Positions 37,865 through 47,313 of a DNA stretch of 64,000 bases are shown here, in pieces. The position numbers and the translations under genes are program-made. This stretch comes from an uncultured delta proteobacterium (GTDB lineage: Bacteria; Myxococcota_A; Polyangia; Polyangiales; Polyangiaceae). The notes under the pieces are model-generated. The model was not told the DNA's origin and ran no database searches. It worked only from the letters and a program-made list of their open reading frames with translations. The DNA lies in the NCBI GenBank assembly GCA_963841435.1, contig CAWJCS010000006.1, forward strand, positions 704,001 through 768,000. The letters run 5' to 3'. Position 1 is the first letter of the stretch; each line of letters opens with the position of its first letter.

Positions 37865-39282
37865 TCAGCGGTCGAAGGGCGGGGGTGGCCCATACAGCGT
37901 CGCCCGGTGCTCGGTGTAGCCGAGCAGCACGTTGACCTCGACCTCGCGCAGGAGGTCGAGCGTGGAGCTAAGCTCGTGGATGGTGCTCACACTCGAGTAG
38001 GTCACGTAGAAATTGCCGTTGGGAAGCTCCTTCACGTCACCGAAGGCCACCGAGGCGAGGCCGGAGCTGTACTCCGGAAGCGCCGTTGCCGTTGCGTTCT
38101 GAAGATCGTACTGGAAGCGAAGCACGCTCGATCCTCGGCTCGTGCCGTTGTTGTTGAAGATCGCGATGTGGTCTGCGCGCACGTCGTGTCCGTGCTGGCC
38201 GTTCCAGCTCATGCCGGGAAACGTGCTGTCGGTGCCGCCGAACACACCGAGCAGCGAGCCTGCCGGGTAGCTGACGAGCGCGATGCTGTTGATGAAGTAC
38301 ATCGAGAAGGAGAGCGCATCGAGCTCGGGCACGTAGTTGATCTGATTCGTGTGCCCTCCGCGGTCGGCCGCGAGGTCGAAATCGGTGAGCTCGTCGTAGA
38401 TCAGCGTCGAATGGCCCGTCGTGGGATCGAGCTCGAAGATGGACTCGGGCGCCTGTCCGGAACCACCGTTGTTCCGCGCGAAGTAAACGACGTGGTCGTT
38501 CGGCAAGATGGCAAAGTCGTGGCTCCGCCCCGGCAAGCTGAAGTCCTCGGCGGTGCCGAGGCCGTCCATCGTCACCCGGCTGAGGGCGCCCGTGGCGCTG
38601 AAGTTGCCGAAGCTCCCGGCCCACATCGACGTTCCGTCGAGCGACATGCGCGCGCGCGTGCAACCCCGGGCGGCCGTGCTCGACATGTCGAGCGCCCAGA
38701 CCGGATCGCCGTCCTTGTCGAAGATGAAGACCCAAGTGGGCTCCGACCCAACGTCGGAGAGCGTGTCGTACCCCGTGCACGCCACGGTGAATCCGCCTGC
38801 CGCGTAGAGGGCGCCGGCGTCATGGTCCGTGACGGTCTCGATGGGAAGACCGTTCGGCAAGAATCCCGTGTCCACGCTGTAGACGTTGCTCGTGTACGTT
38901 TGCCCGCCGCCCTGCGCGACGACGCGCAGATAGTAGGTGGTCTTCGGCTTCATCCCGAGCAACAGCGTGCGGTAGCTCGGCTCCGAGAGATCGACCGGCG
39001 CCTGGTACTCGAAGGCGTTCTGGTCGCGGCCGAACTCGATGGTTGCGCTCGAGAATCGACGCGTCGATCGACCACGCGACGATGCCGACCGTCGCGATCG
39101 CCGTGCTCAACGAGAACGTCGACCGTGAAGCGGTCGCCATTGGTCGCGCCGCTACTGCCTCCCGAGCCGCTCGCGGAGCCACCCTTTCCTCCCGAGGTGC
39201 CGCCGGCGGCCGGTGCGCCGCCGGCGCCCGCCGCGGAGGCGTCGTCATCAGCCGAGCCGCAGCCGGGCAAGGGGGCGACCAT
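37865..39282 (-). pseudogene. Aryl-sulfate sulfotransferase (ASST)-like beta-propeller lipoprotein with two +1 frameshifts (pseudogene or assembly error)
   Basis: Lipobox LPGC and Gly linker; FN3-like LLGMKPKTTYYLRV; SHDF, HTNQI, QHGH, FNN, LPNGN motifs; extra bases near 39115 and 39054. Confidence 0.7.
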
Positions 39283-39636
39283 GGTGAGAAAGGTAAGCAA
39301 TCCGAGGGCCGCCCGCTGATACCCGGGGGCTCTCACCGCATGGAGGGATCCAGACACCTCGAAAGAGTAACCGGGACGTGATGTTTCGTGCGAGCGCGGC
39401 ACCTTGTGCTTCAATATGTGGAAATAATTCACTCTTTTTAGTCGGTTGCCTGGCGCTGCGCGGGCGAGGGGTGTGAAAATCGCTCGCCCCCTGCCGCATA
39501 GCGAACGGCCGCCGACTGCGGGTGCCGGGGGCGCGGGGGCGGGTCGCGCCGGAGCGGGCGTAGCCGGAGCGGGCGGCGCCGGAGCGGGCGGCGCCGGAGC
39601 GGGCAGGGGCGAGCTCACGCTGACGAGCCCGACCAT

Positions 39637-41670
39637 ATGGAAGGCGCGAAGCGTGCCGGCGAGCTTAGCTGCGCGCTTGGGGCTTCAACGGCAGCATCAT
39701 GCCGGAGCTCGACTCGGCTCCCGGGTCTCTCGGAGGCGTCCTCTCGCCTCGTGGTACATTGCCTTCGCGGAGAAGCCCGGTACTTGGCGTTGTTTGGTAC
39801 GGAAGAGCACGCGCGCGCGGGCGCGCCAACGTCGCCTTTGCGCTGCTCGTCGCGGGCGCGCTCCACGGTGCTGGTTGGGCTCGTCGCGCTTTCCTCCCCC
39901 GCCTGGGCGCAGGCGCCCGCGAGTGTGAGCGTGTCCGTCAACGCAACCGCGGCCGGGGCCCCGCTCGAGCGCGTGTGGCCTTTTTACGGGTACGACGAGA
40001 TCAACTACACGACCGTGCCGGAAGGAAAGGCGCTGCTCGACGCCCTCGTCGCCGCGCACAGCGCACCCGTGCACGTGCGCAGTCATTTTCTCCTCAACAC
40101 GGGAGACGGCACGCCGGCGCTGAAATGGGGATCGACGAACGTCTACACCGAGGATGCCGACGGTAACCCGGTTTACAGTTGGACACTGACCGACGGGATC
40201 ATGGACAGCATCACCGCGGCCGGCGCGTTCCCGTTCGTAGAGCTCGGTTTCATGCCCGAGGCGCTCTCCACTCACCCGAACCCTTACGAGAACTCCAGCA
40301 CCACGTTGCTCGATGGTGGGTGCTTCTATCCCCCGACCGACCACACGAAGTGGGCGGGGCTCGTTCGCGAGTGGGCGACGCACGCGATGGGGCGCTACCC
40401 CAACGTCGCGGCGAGCTGGCTGTGGGAGCTGTGGAACGAGCCCGACCTCGGCTACTGGCACGGCACCGTCAACGACTACGCCAAACTCTACGACTACACG
40501 GAATCCGCGCTACACGAGGTCATCCCCGACGCGGCGCTCGGTGGTCCGGCGGTGGCGGGCCCCGCCGGCAGCTTCCTGAAGCAATTCCTGGAGCACTGCG
40601 CGACCGGCACCAACGCCGTCACGGGCGAAACCGGCACGCGCCTCGACCTCGTGACGTTTCACGCGAAGGGCGGGGTGGGCGTCAGCGACGGCCACGTCCA
40701 GATGGACCTCGGCAACCAGCTCCGACTTCACCGCTACGGCTTCGGCGCCGTCGCTGCTTTCCCCCAATTCGAACGGATGCCCATCTACATCACCGAGGCG
40801 GATCCCGACGGATGTGCCGCCTGCCCGGCGAGCACCACGCCCGCGGACGAATACCGCAACTCCACGGCCTACGGCGCGTACGAGCTCGCGATGATGAAGC
40901 ACAGCATCGAGCTTGGGGCCGAGACGGGTGTAAAGCTCGGCGGCCTGCTCTCCTGGGCGTTCACGTTCCCCGGCACGCCCTATTTCGCGGGGTATCGCAC
41001 GCTCGCCACGAACGGCATCAACCTGCCCGTGCTGAGCGCGTTCAAGCTGCTGGGTCGCCTCGCCGGGACCCGCCTGCCGCTCGCCAGCAGCGGGGCGATC
41101 GGCCTCGACGACGTTGTCACGAACGGGGTGCGCGGCGAACCGGAGGTCAACGGTATCGCCGCGCTGGACGGCGACGCCATGCGGATCCTCCTGTGGAACT
41201 ACCACGATGACCTCGTGCCGGTCCCTGCGACGCCGGTGCACCTCGCGGTCAAGGTGCCAAAAAGCTTCGGATCCGGCGCGCGCGTCTCGCACCTGCGCGT
41301 CGACGAGTCGCACGGCGATGCGTACACCGTTTGGGTGTCGCAAGGCATGCCGGCGAGCCCGTCGGCGTCGCAAATTGCGGCCTTGCGGCAGGCCATGGAG
41401 CCGTCTTCGTTGGTCCCGGACCGCACGGTTGCGGTGGCGGCGGACGGTACCGTCGGCATCGACTTCGACTTGCCGCGATTCGGCGTGTCTCTCCTCACGA
41501 TGATCCCCGCGGTGGATGTCAGCGACGGCGGCACGGACACCGGCCGGCCGAGTGGGTGCGCGTGTCGCGTCACCGGTCGCCGCGACGACGCGGAAACCTC
41601 GGGGTCGCTGCTCACGGTGAGCGGCCTGATTCTCGTCGTGCTCGCGCGTCGACGAAGAGCGCTCCGCTGA
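39637..41670 (+). CDS. GH39 beta-xylosidase-like glycoside hydrolase with MYXO-CTERM sorting signal
   Basis: GYDEINY, LKWGSTNVYTED, ELGFMP, WNEP (acid/base), FHAKG, ITEADP (nucleophile); tail SGCACRV-hydrophobic-RRRR. True start likely near 39868. Confidence 0.88.
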   Translation: MEGAKRAGELSCALGASTAASCRSSTRLPGLSEASSRLVVHCLRGEARYLALFGTEEHARAGAPTSPLRCSSRARSTVLVGLVALSSPAWAQAPASVSVSVNATAAGAPLERVWPFYGYDEINYTTVPEGKALLDALVAAHSAPVHVRSHFLLNTGDGTPALKWGSTNVYTEDADGNPVYSWTLTDGIMDSITAAGAFPFVELGFMPEALSTHPNPYENSSTTLLDGGCFYPPTDHTKWAGLVREWATHAMGRYPNVAASWLWELWNEPDLGYWHGTVNDYAKLYDYTESALHEVIPDAALGGPAVAGPAGSFLKQFLEHCATGTNAVTGETGTRLDLVTFHAKGGVGVSDGHVQMDLGNQLRLHRYGFGAVAAFPQFERMPIYITEADPDGCAACPASTTPADEYRNSTAYGAYELAMMKHSIELGAETGVKLGGLLSWAFTFPGTPYFAGYRTLATNGINLPVLSAFKLLGRLAGTRLPLASSGAIGLDDVVTNGVRGEPEVNGIAALDGDAMRILLWNYHDDLVPVPATPVHLAVKVPKSFGSGARVSHLRVDESHGDAYTVWVSQGMPASPSASQIAALRQAMEPSSLVPDRTVAVAADGTVGIDFDLPRFGVSLLTMIPAVDVSDGGTDTGRPSGCACRVTGRRDDAETSGSLLTVSGLILVVLARRRRALR

Positions 41671-41817
41671 CGGCGGGTCGAGGGTTGGCGCCTTCCCGCA
41701 GGGCTGGCGAGGCGATGGCGGATAGGTGATCACTCGGCCTTGTGCCCGGCAACCTGTAACGGTTCGACAATCTTGCTTCCCGATGTCGGAAGCTCCCTCG
41801 CGGAAGGAAACGCTTCG

Positions 41818-42645
41818 ATGAAGGTCAGCTCGGTCGCGCTGGTGATGGGCGTAATATTCGGAATGATTTCGAGCGCATGCAGCACCGCCGACTCGGGAGG
41901 CCCCGCGGAAACGGGCGGCTCGTCTGGCACGGGCGCGACGGCGGGCACGGGTGGTAGCAGTGGCGCAGCGGCCGGCACGGGTGGAAGCAGCGGCGCAGCG
42001 GCGGGCACGGGTGGAAGCAGCGGCGCAGCGGCGGGCACGGGTGGAAGCAGCGGCGCAGCGGCCGGCACGGGTGGAAGCAGTGGCGCAGCGGCGGGCACGA
42101 GCGGAAGCGCTGGCAGCGGGGGCGCCGCAGCCGGCACGGGCGGGAGCGCGGGCGGCGGCGAGGGCACCGCGGTCACGACGCTGAGCGGCACCACGCCGGT
42201 GAACGCGCTCACGCCGGACGAGGCCACGAAGCTCTGCGACGACACCTTTGCGTACTTCGGAAGCGCGATCCCCCTCGCGATCGCGTGCAAGTGGCAAGGG
42301 CTGGCGTATGCGGCATCGAGCAGCGCACCCACGGAGGAACAGCTGCGCACCAACTGCACGAGCCACGAGGCGTCCTGCCAAGACGCTGGGGGAGCCAACT
42401 ACAATCCCAGCTGCAGCGAGATCCCTTCGACCTGCACGGCGACGGTGGCGGAGTACTCCGATTGCATCACCGAAGAGGTCGCCGCCTTCACCGAGACGGT
42501 GACCGGGCTCATCACCTGCGACGTGATCACGCGCGACGCCACGAGCGCGATCTTCGAAGCCATGGCGCCCACGCCGCCGCCCAGCTGCGAGTCGCTCAGC
42601 AACGCGTGCCCGGACCTCTATCCACCGAGCCCCAGTAGCAACTAG
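41818..42645 (+). CDS. Cys-rich hypothetical lipoprotein with repeat-built Gly linker
   Basis: Lipobox SSAC; GAAGGA RBS; CTATVAEYSDC and other paired Cys. Confidence 0.8.
   Translation: MKVSSVALVMGVIFGMISSACSTADSGGPAETGGSSGTGATAGTGGSSGAAAGTGGSSGAAAGTGGSSGAAAGTGGSSGAAAGTGGSSGAAAGTSGSAGSGGAAAGTGGSAGGGEGTAVTTLSGTTPVNALTPDEATKLCDDTFAYFGSAIPLAIACKWQGLAYAASSSAPTEEQLRTNCTSHEASCQDAGGANYNPSCSEIPSTCTATVAEYSDCITEEVAAFTETVTGLITCDVITRDATSAIFEAMAPTPPPSCESLSNACPDLYPPSPSSN
41941..42108. repeat. 30-bp in-frame tandem repeat (5 full copies + partial) encoding AGTGGSSGAA
   Basis: Units gc(g/c)ggcacgggtgg(a/t)agcag(c/t)ggcgcagcg start at 41941, 41971, 42001, 42031 and 42061. Confidence 0.95.
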
Positions 42646-42701
42646 CGACGGGACCCCTCGTCGCGTGAGGTCGGCGTCCCTGAACCGGAGCGCGCGGGTG
42701 G

Positions 42702-44591
42702 CTAGCCAGCGGGCGTCAAGACCAGCATCACGACGCTCTTCGAGGGGAGCGTGACCTCTACGGTCTTTCCAGAGACCGAGCAGCTTGCCGCGTCGAGCGC
42801 TTGGACACTCACCGCTTCGGCCTGGCCGTAGTCGTTGTAGCTGTCCTTCGCCGGACCGGTGATGACCTCTGCGGTCGACACGACGTACGAGGTCTTGCTG
42901 CTGTTGACGGTGATCTGGATCGTTCGCGAGCCCGTCAGGTCGACGTTGGCCAGGCTGATGTTGATGCGCCCCTGGTCGTCGGCGGTCGAGCCCGCGGACA
43001 GCACCGGGAACGTCTGCCCGTTGCCGGTGATGTTCTCGCTCTTGAGCGTGCTCGGTGCCCACTTTGCGTTCGAGCGGTGGTGCGGAAGGAACATCCGGAA
43101 CACGTGCCAGGTCGGAGTCTTGACGAGTGCCGCGTCACTGCTCCTCGTCAGAAGGAGCGCGTGAATCACGTTGATGCCCTGGGCGAGCCCCGCCATCTCG
43201 TAACGATCGGCGTGCTGCATGAACAGGTGCAGGGTCTCCGCCGCGGAGATCGCGTCCATGAGCGTGCCTTGTTGCAGCCAATCGTCACTCGCGGTGAAGT
43301 TCTGCAGCCAGTCACCCCACTCGTCTTCGTAGATCTTGATGCGCTTGCTTGGATCGTACTTGTCGAGATACGTGACAATCTGGTCGATCCGCGGACCAAT
43401 CTGACCCTTGTTGGCGGCGTTGACGACGTTGTAATACTGCGCGTCGCTGAAGCCGACGTTGGGGATGTCGTCCGGGTGATAGATGTAGTCGTGGATCTCG
43501 ATCCCATCGATCTTGTCCGCGATGTTGTTCAACATCGTGTCGAGCCACGGCCACCTTCCGATCAGGTCGGTGCCGGCGACGATCTTGAGCTTCTTCCCGT
43601 TGACCGCGGTCGAAAGCTGGTCGTAGTTCGCGAGGTAGTTCGCCTCGTAGGTGGCTTCGTCTTGGTTGCCGCCGCACCCCCAGACCTCGTTCCCGATCTT
43701 GAAGTGGGTGATCGTCCACTCTGGGTGAGCCGTGTTGTCGTTGATGTAGGTGACCCAGGCCAGATTGTTGGCCGCCGCCGAGGACGTTCCCGGACCCGCG
43801 ATGATCGGCTCGATGCCGAGGAGCGAGCAGAGCTCCATGTAGCGATCCGTGCCCACGTCGTTGCTCGGATTCTTGTTGGCGCTCCAGTTGTAGCTGCCCG
43901 CCGCGCATCCACCGGGCCATTCGATCATGCCGACGCCCGCATCTTTGAACGCCTGGATGACGTCGTTGCGCATCCCGTTCGTATTGGGAATCGAGGAATT
44001 CGTGCCGACGAAGATGCCGCCAGACCAGTTCTTGCCGAGCCTCTCCATCAAGAGGCCGAAGATGCCGTCCTTCACGACGTCTTCTGCCGAGTCGGCGTTG
44101 ACCGTCAGCGTGTTCGCGGGAGTGCCGCTCGCCGTGCCGGTGCATTGATTCGTGACGGGTCCCGAGCCGGCGTCGCCGCCCGAGCCAGCGCCGCTCGCGC
44201 CGCCCGCGCCGCCCGAGCCCCCGTTTCCAGCTGCGCCGCCGGTCACTGCACCTGCGCTACCGGCCGTCGCGCCGCCGGCGGCGTTGCCGCCCGCACCCGT
44301 GTCTCCGCTGCTGGCGGCTGCGCCCCCCGAGCTCGTGTCGCCCGCCGACCCGCCGCCCGAGCCGCCGCTCCCCGCCGCGCCGGCTCCCGAGCTGCCCCCC
44401 GTCGTGCTCGTGCCGCCCATGGGGCTCGTGCCGCCTGTTGGGTTCGTGCCGCCCGTGGCGCTGGCGCCGCCCGTGGCGCTCGCGCCGCCGCCCGTCCCGC
44501 CCGAGCCCGGGCCGTTGCCGGAGGTCGAACACGCCGAGCCGAGCATCCAGAGCGCGGTGGCCATCGTGGCTAAGGAAGTAGGGTGCCTCAT
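42702..44591 (-). CDS. Lipoprotein GH51 alpha-L-arabinofuranosidase with Gly-rich linker
   Basis: Lipobox GSAC; WPGGC, IGNEVWGCGG (acid/base), DEWG (nucleophile), LAQGINV, TPTWHVF, LPSKSV. Confidence 0.92.
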   Translation of the reverse strand: MRHPTSLATMATALWMLGSACSTSGNGPGSGGTGGGASATGGASATGGTNPTGGTSPMGGTSTTGGSSGAGAAGSGGSGGGSAGDTSSGGAAASSGDTGAGGNAAGGATAGSAGAVTGGAAGNGGSGGAGGASGAGSGGDAGSGPVTNQCTGTASGTPANTLTVNADSAEDVVKDGIFGLLMERLGKNWSGGIFVGTNSSIPNTNGMRNDVIQAFKDAGVGMIEWPGGCAAGSYNWSANKNPSNDVGTDRYMELCSLLGIEPIIAGPGTSSAAANNLAWVTYINDNTAHPEWTITHFKIGNEVWGCGGNQDEATYEANYLANYDQLSTAVNGKKLKIVAGTDLIGRWPWLDTMLNNIADKIDGIEIHDYIYHPDDIPNVGFSDAQYYNVVNAANKGQIGPRIDQIVTYLDKYDPSKRIKIYEDEWGDWLQNFTASDDWLQQGTLMDAISAAETLHLFMQHADRYEMAGLAQGINVIHALLLTRSSDAALVKTPTWHVFRMFLPHHRSNAKWAPSTLKSENITGNGQTFPVLSAGSTADDQGRINISLANVDLTGSRTIQITVNSSKTSYVVSTAEVITGPAKDSYNDYGQAEAVSVQALDAASCSVSGKTVEVTLPSKSVVMLVLTPAG

Positions 44592-45058
44592 CAATTCTCC
44601 TGGGCTCCGACGCGAGGGCGCGCGGGGAACGACGGAACTAAGAACGTCCGAGTCACGGAGAAGTGATCATCGGTTCCACGAGCGAACCGAGCCCGACCTA
44701 CCCGAGCTCGGACGGGCCAGTCACTCCGAGCACCGCGCCTTTGCGCCTTCGCCCATCGGTTGATCGGCTCACGGCGTGTCCGGTGTGCCCGTGACCGAGC
44801 TCGAGCGCCTGGTGGCTTTCCTGAGTCGATCGCGGCGACGCAAATCCGAAGTTTCCGAAAGCTGAATCAGAAGGCCAAAACGTATTTGCCGGCCCAGCGT
44901 CGATCACACCGAGCAGCGCCCCCTCCGACATCGCCCGACATCGCCCCACGGGGCCGCCGAAGGGTGATCAAGTTATGCGGTATGGGGCATCCTTGAGTAT
45001 TCGACCAGCGTGATCCCAGCTGTTCGATTTACGTCGTTTCCTCGAAGGAGCCCGCTCG

Positions 45059-47026
45059 ATGAAGGTCCGTTCTGCCGCTCTCTCTATCGCCGTCACATTC
45101 GGAATGATTTCAGGTGCATGCAGCACCGCTGACCCGGTGAGCCCATCGGCAGGTGGAAGCTCCGGTAGCGGGGTTGGCGGCGCCACCGGCGGAGGCTCGG
45201 GCAGCGGCGTCGGCGGGAGCGTGGGTGGAAGCTCCGGCACCGTTGGGGCAGGAGCCACTGGCGGAGCCTCCGGAGGTACTGGAGGCGCTGGTGGCGGCAG
45301 CGGAGGGGCTTGCACGAACGTGACGGCTTGCGGCGGCGACGTGGTCGGAACGTGGACCGTGTCATCGCCGTGCCTCAAGGTGTCGGGCGATCTGGACGTT
45401 GCCGGGTTCGGGCTCGGTTGCACGACGGTGTCGGTCACCGGATCACTGCAGGTGAGCGGAACGTGGACCGGCAACACGAACGGCACGTACTCGGACAACA
45501 CGGTGACCTCGGGCGACGAGGTCATCACCGTTCCGGCCGGGTGCCTGAACGTGTCCGGGACCACCACCACGTGCGATCGCATCGGAGGCCCCCTCCAGGC
45601 CCTGGGCTACGCGTCGCTCAATTGCGTCTCTGACTCGAGCGGCGGGTGCAGCTGCGCCGCCCACGTACAACAGACCGGTGGGGTTGGGCTGTTGTCTTCC
45701 GACCCGCAGATGATGGGAAACTACCAGGTCTCGGGCAGCCTGCTCACCGCGGACGGCTCCGCCGCGTACTCGTACTGCGTCGCCGGCAACCAGATGACCT
45801 GGACCCCGCAAAGCACGAGCCCCATGACCTCGGGCACGATCGTGTTCTCGAACGGCGAGGGAGGTACTGGCGGTGTGAGCGGTGCCGGAGGCGCCGGTGG
45901 AACGAGCGGTGACGCTGGCGGAGGCGGCGTGGCGCAGGGCGGCGGCGCGGGCGTTGGCGGAGCCAGCGGTGCCGGTGGAGCGAGCGGAGCGAGCGGCGCC
46001 GGCGCAGGTGGCGCGAGCGGCTCCGCGGGAATGGCCGGGTCGGGAGGCTCAGGCGGTGGGACGGGCCCGAGCGAAGGCCCCTGCGACCTCTACGAGGCGG
46101 GCGCCACGCCCTGTATCGCGGCGTACAGCACGACGCGGGTGCTCTCGAGCAAGTACACGGGGCCGATCTACCAGGTCAGGAAGGGCGGCCAGAAGACGGG
46201 TACGGGCGGCACGCTTCAGGACATCGGTGTCGTGGCGGGTACGAGCTTCGCCGACGGGGCCGCGCAAGATGCGTTCTGCGGGACCGACACCTGCACCTTC
46301 TCGATGCTGTACGACCAGTCGGGCAAGGGCAACGATCTCAAGGTCGCGCCCGCCGGCTGCTACGAGGGAACGGCGTCCGAAGCGGACTACGAATCGAACG
46401 CGAAGCAGAAATCGGTGCAGATCAGCGGACACAAGGTCTACGCGCTCTACATGAACGCCCATGAAGGCTATCGAAACAACGCCGGCGCCAGCGTTCCGAA
46501 GGGCAACGCGGCGCAGGGTGTTTACGAGGTGGCCGACGGGACGCACGCCGGCGGCGCGTGCTGCTGGGACTTCGGGAACGCCTCGACGAACAACTGCAAC
46601 CAGGGCACCATGAACGCCCTCTTCTTGGGAACCGGCTATTGGGGTAGGGGCACGGGCAACGGCCCGTGGTTCATGGCCGACCTCGAGGGCGGCGTGTGGG
46701 CCGGCGGCACCGGAGCATCGAATGCGACGAACAACAATTTGCCGTCCTCGAACCTCCCGTTCGCCTTCGGCATTCTCAAGACCAGCTCGTCGAACTACGC
46801 CATCAGGGTGGGTAACGCGCAGTCCGGCAATCTGACGACTGCTTACGACGGTGGGCTACCGAAGTCGCTCAACCACCCGGGCGGCATCATCCTGGGCATC
46901 GGCGGTGACAACAGCAACTCGTCGTTTGGAACCTTCTTCGAAGGCGCCATGACGACAGGCCGGCCGGCGGACACTGTAGACGCGGCCGTCCTGCAGAACG
47001 TCCAGGACGCGGGGTACGGAAAGTAG
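45059..47026 (+). CDS. Lipoprotein with Cys-rich domain, two Gly linkers and GH54 arabinofuranosidase B catalytic domain
   Basis: Lipobox SGAC; GPCDLY..PCIAAYST, YDQSG, CCWDFGN, GPWFMADLEGG, LGIGGDNS, FFEG. Confidence 0.9.
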   Translation: MKVRSAALSIAVTFGMISGACSTADPVSPSAGGSSGSGVGGATGGGSGSGVGGSVGGSSGTVGAGATGGASGGTGGAGGGSGGACTNVTACGGDVVGTWTVSSPCLKVSGDLDVAGFGLGCTTVSVTGSLQVSGTWTGNTNGTYSDNTVTSGDEVITVPAGCLNVSGTTTTCDRIGGPLQALGYASLNCVSDSSGGCSCAAHVQQTGGVGLLSSDPQMMGNYQVSGSLLTADGSAAYSYCVAGNQMTWTPQSTSPMTSGTIVFSNGEGGTGGVSGAGGAGGTSGDAGGGGVAQGGGAGVGGASGAGGASGASGAGAGGASGSAGMAGSGGSGGGTGPSEGPCDLYEAGATPCIAAYSTTRVLSSKYTGPIYQVRKGGQKTGTGGTLQDIGVVAGTSFADGAAQDAFCGTDTCTFSMLYDQSGKGNDLKVAPAGCYEGTASEADYESNAKQKSVQISGHKVYALYMNAHEGYRNNAGASVPKGNAAQGVYEVADGTHAGGACCWDFGNASTNNCNQGTMNALFLGTGYWGRGTGNGPWFMADLEGGVWAGGTGASNATNNNLPSSNLPFAFGILKTSSSNYAIRVGNAQSGNLTTAYDGGLPKSLNHPGGIILGIGGDNSNSSFGTFFEGAMTTGRPADTVDAAVLQNVQDAGYGK

Positions 47027-47160
47027 GACCGCAGTTGAGCGCTGAGCGCCGGACGGCAGTGACACCACCGGTCATGAAACGCCCATGATCGGTGGCGCTC
47101 GGCGAGTCGTCGCGAACGAGGCCGCCATCGTCCGCCTGCCGCCTTCGGGAACCCATGCTG

Positions 47161-47176
47161 CGGCGCGTGCTATGCA
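47161..47176 (+). promoter_or_regulatory. Possible sigma54 promoter for the GH54-araBAD-porin unit
   Basis: CGGCGCGTGCTATGCA matches GG-N10-GC, about 140 bp upstream of the start at 47314. Confidence 0.35.
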
Positions 47177-47313
47177 GGGTCCGAAAGTGGCTCGAACGTG
47201 GACCTTGCGGGCGATGCGGGGCGGGAAGTAGACCGATTCTGCGGTCGAGGCCCCGCCGTGGTAAATTTTTGATTGGTCAGCAAAGTTCGTCTACCGGAGG
47301 CTGGTTTTTCGCG

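Noticed and set aside
39397-39412. CGGCACCTTGTGCT as a sigma54 promoter
   Set aside because: GG-to-GC spacing is 8 rather than the required 10
41941-42108. Regular 30-bp repeats as a possible CRISPR array
   Set aside because: Head-to-tail with no spacers, in frame within a CDS, and no cas genes
42645-42664. GCGACG-N8-CGTCGC hairpin between convergent genes as a terminator
   Set aside because: Short stem and no U-tract; indistinguishable from chance in GC-rich DNA
5041-47026. Gly-rich tracts as PE-PGRS or collagen-like proteins
   Set aside because: No PE domain or strict Gly-X-Y periodicity; they are linkers between a lipobox and a catalytic domain
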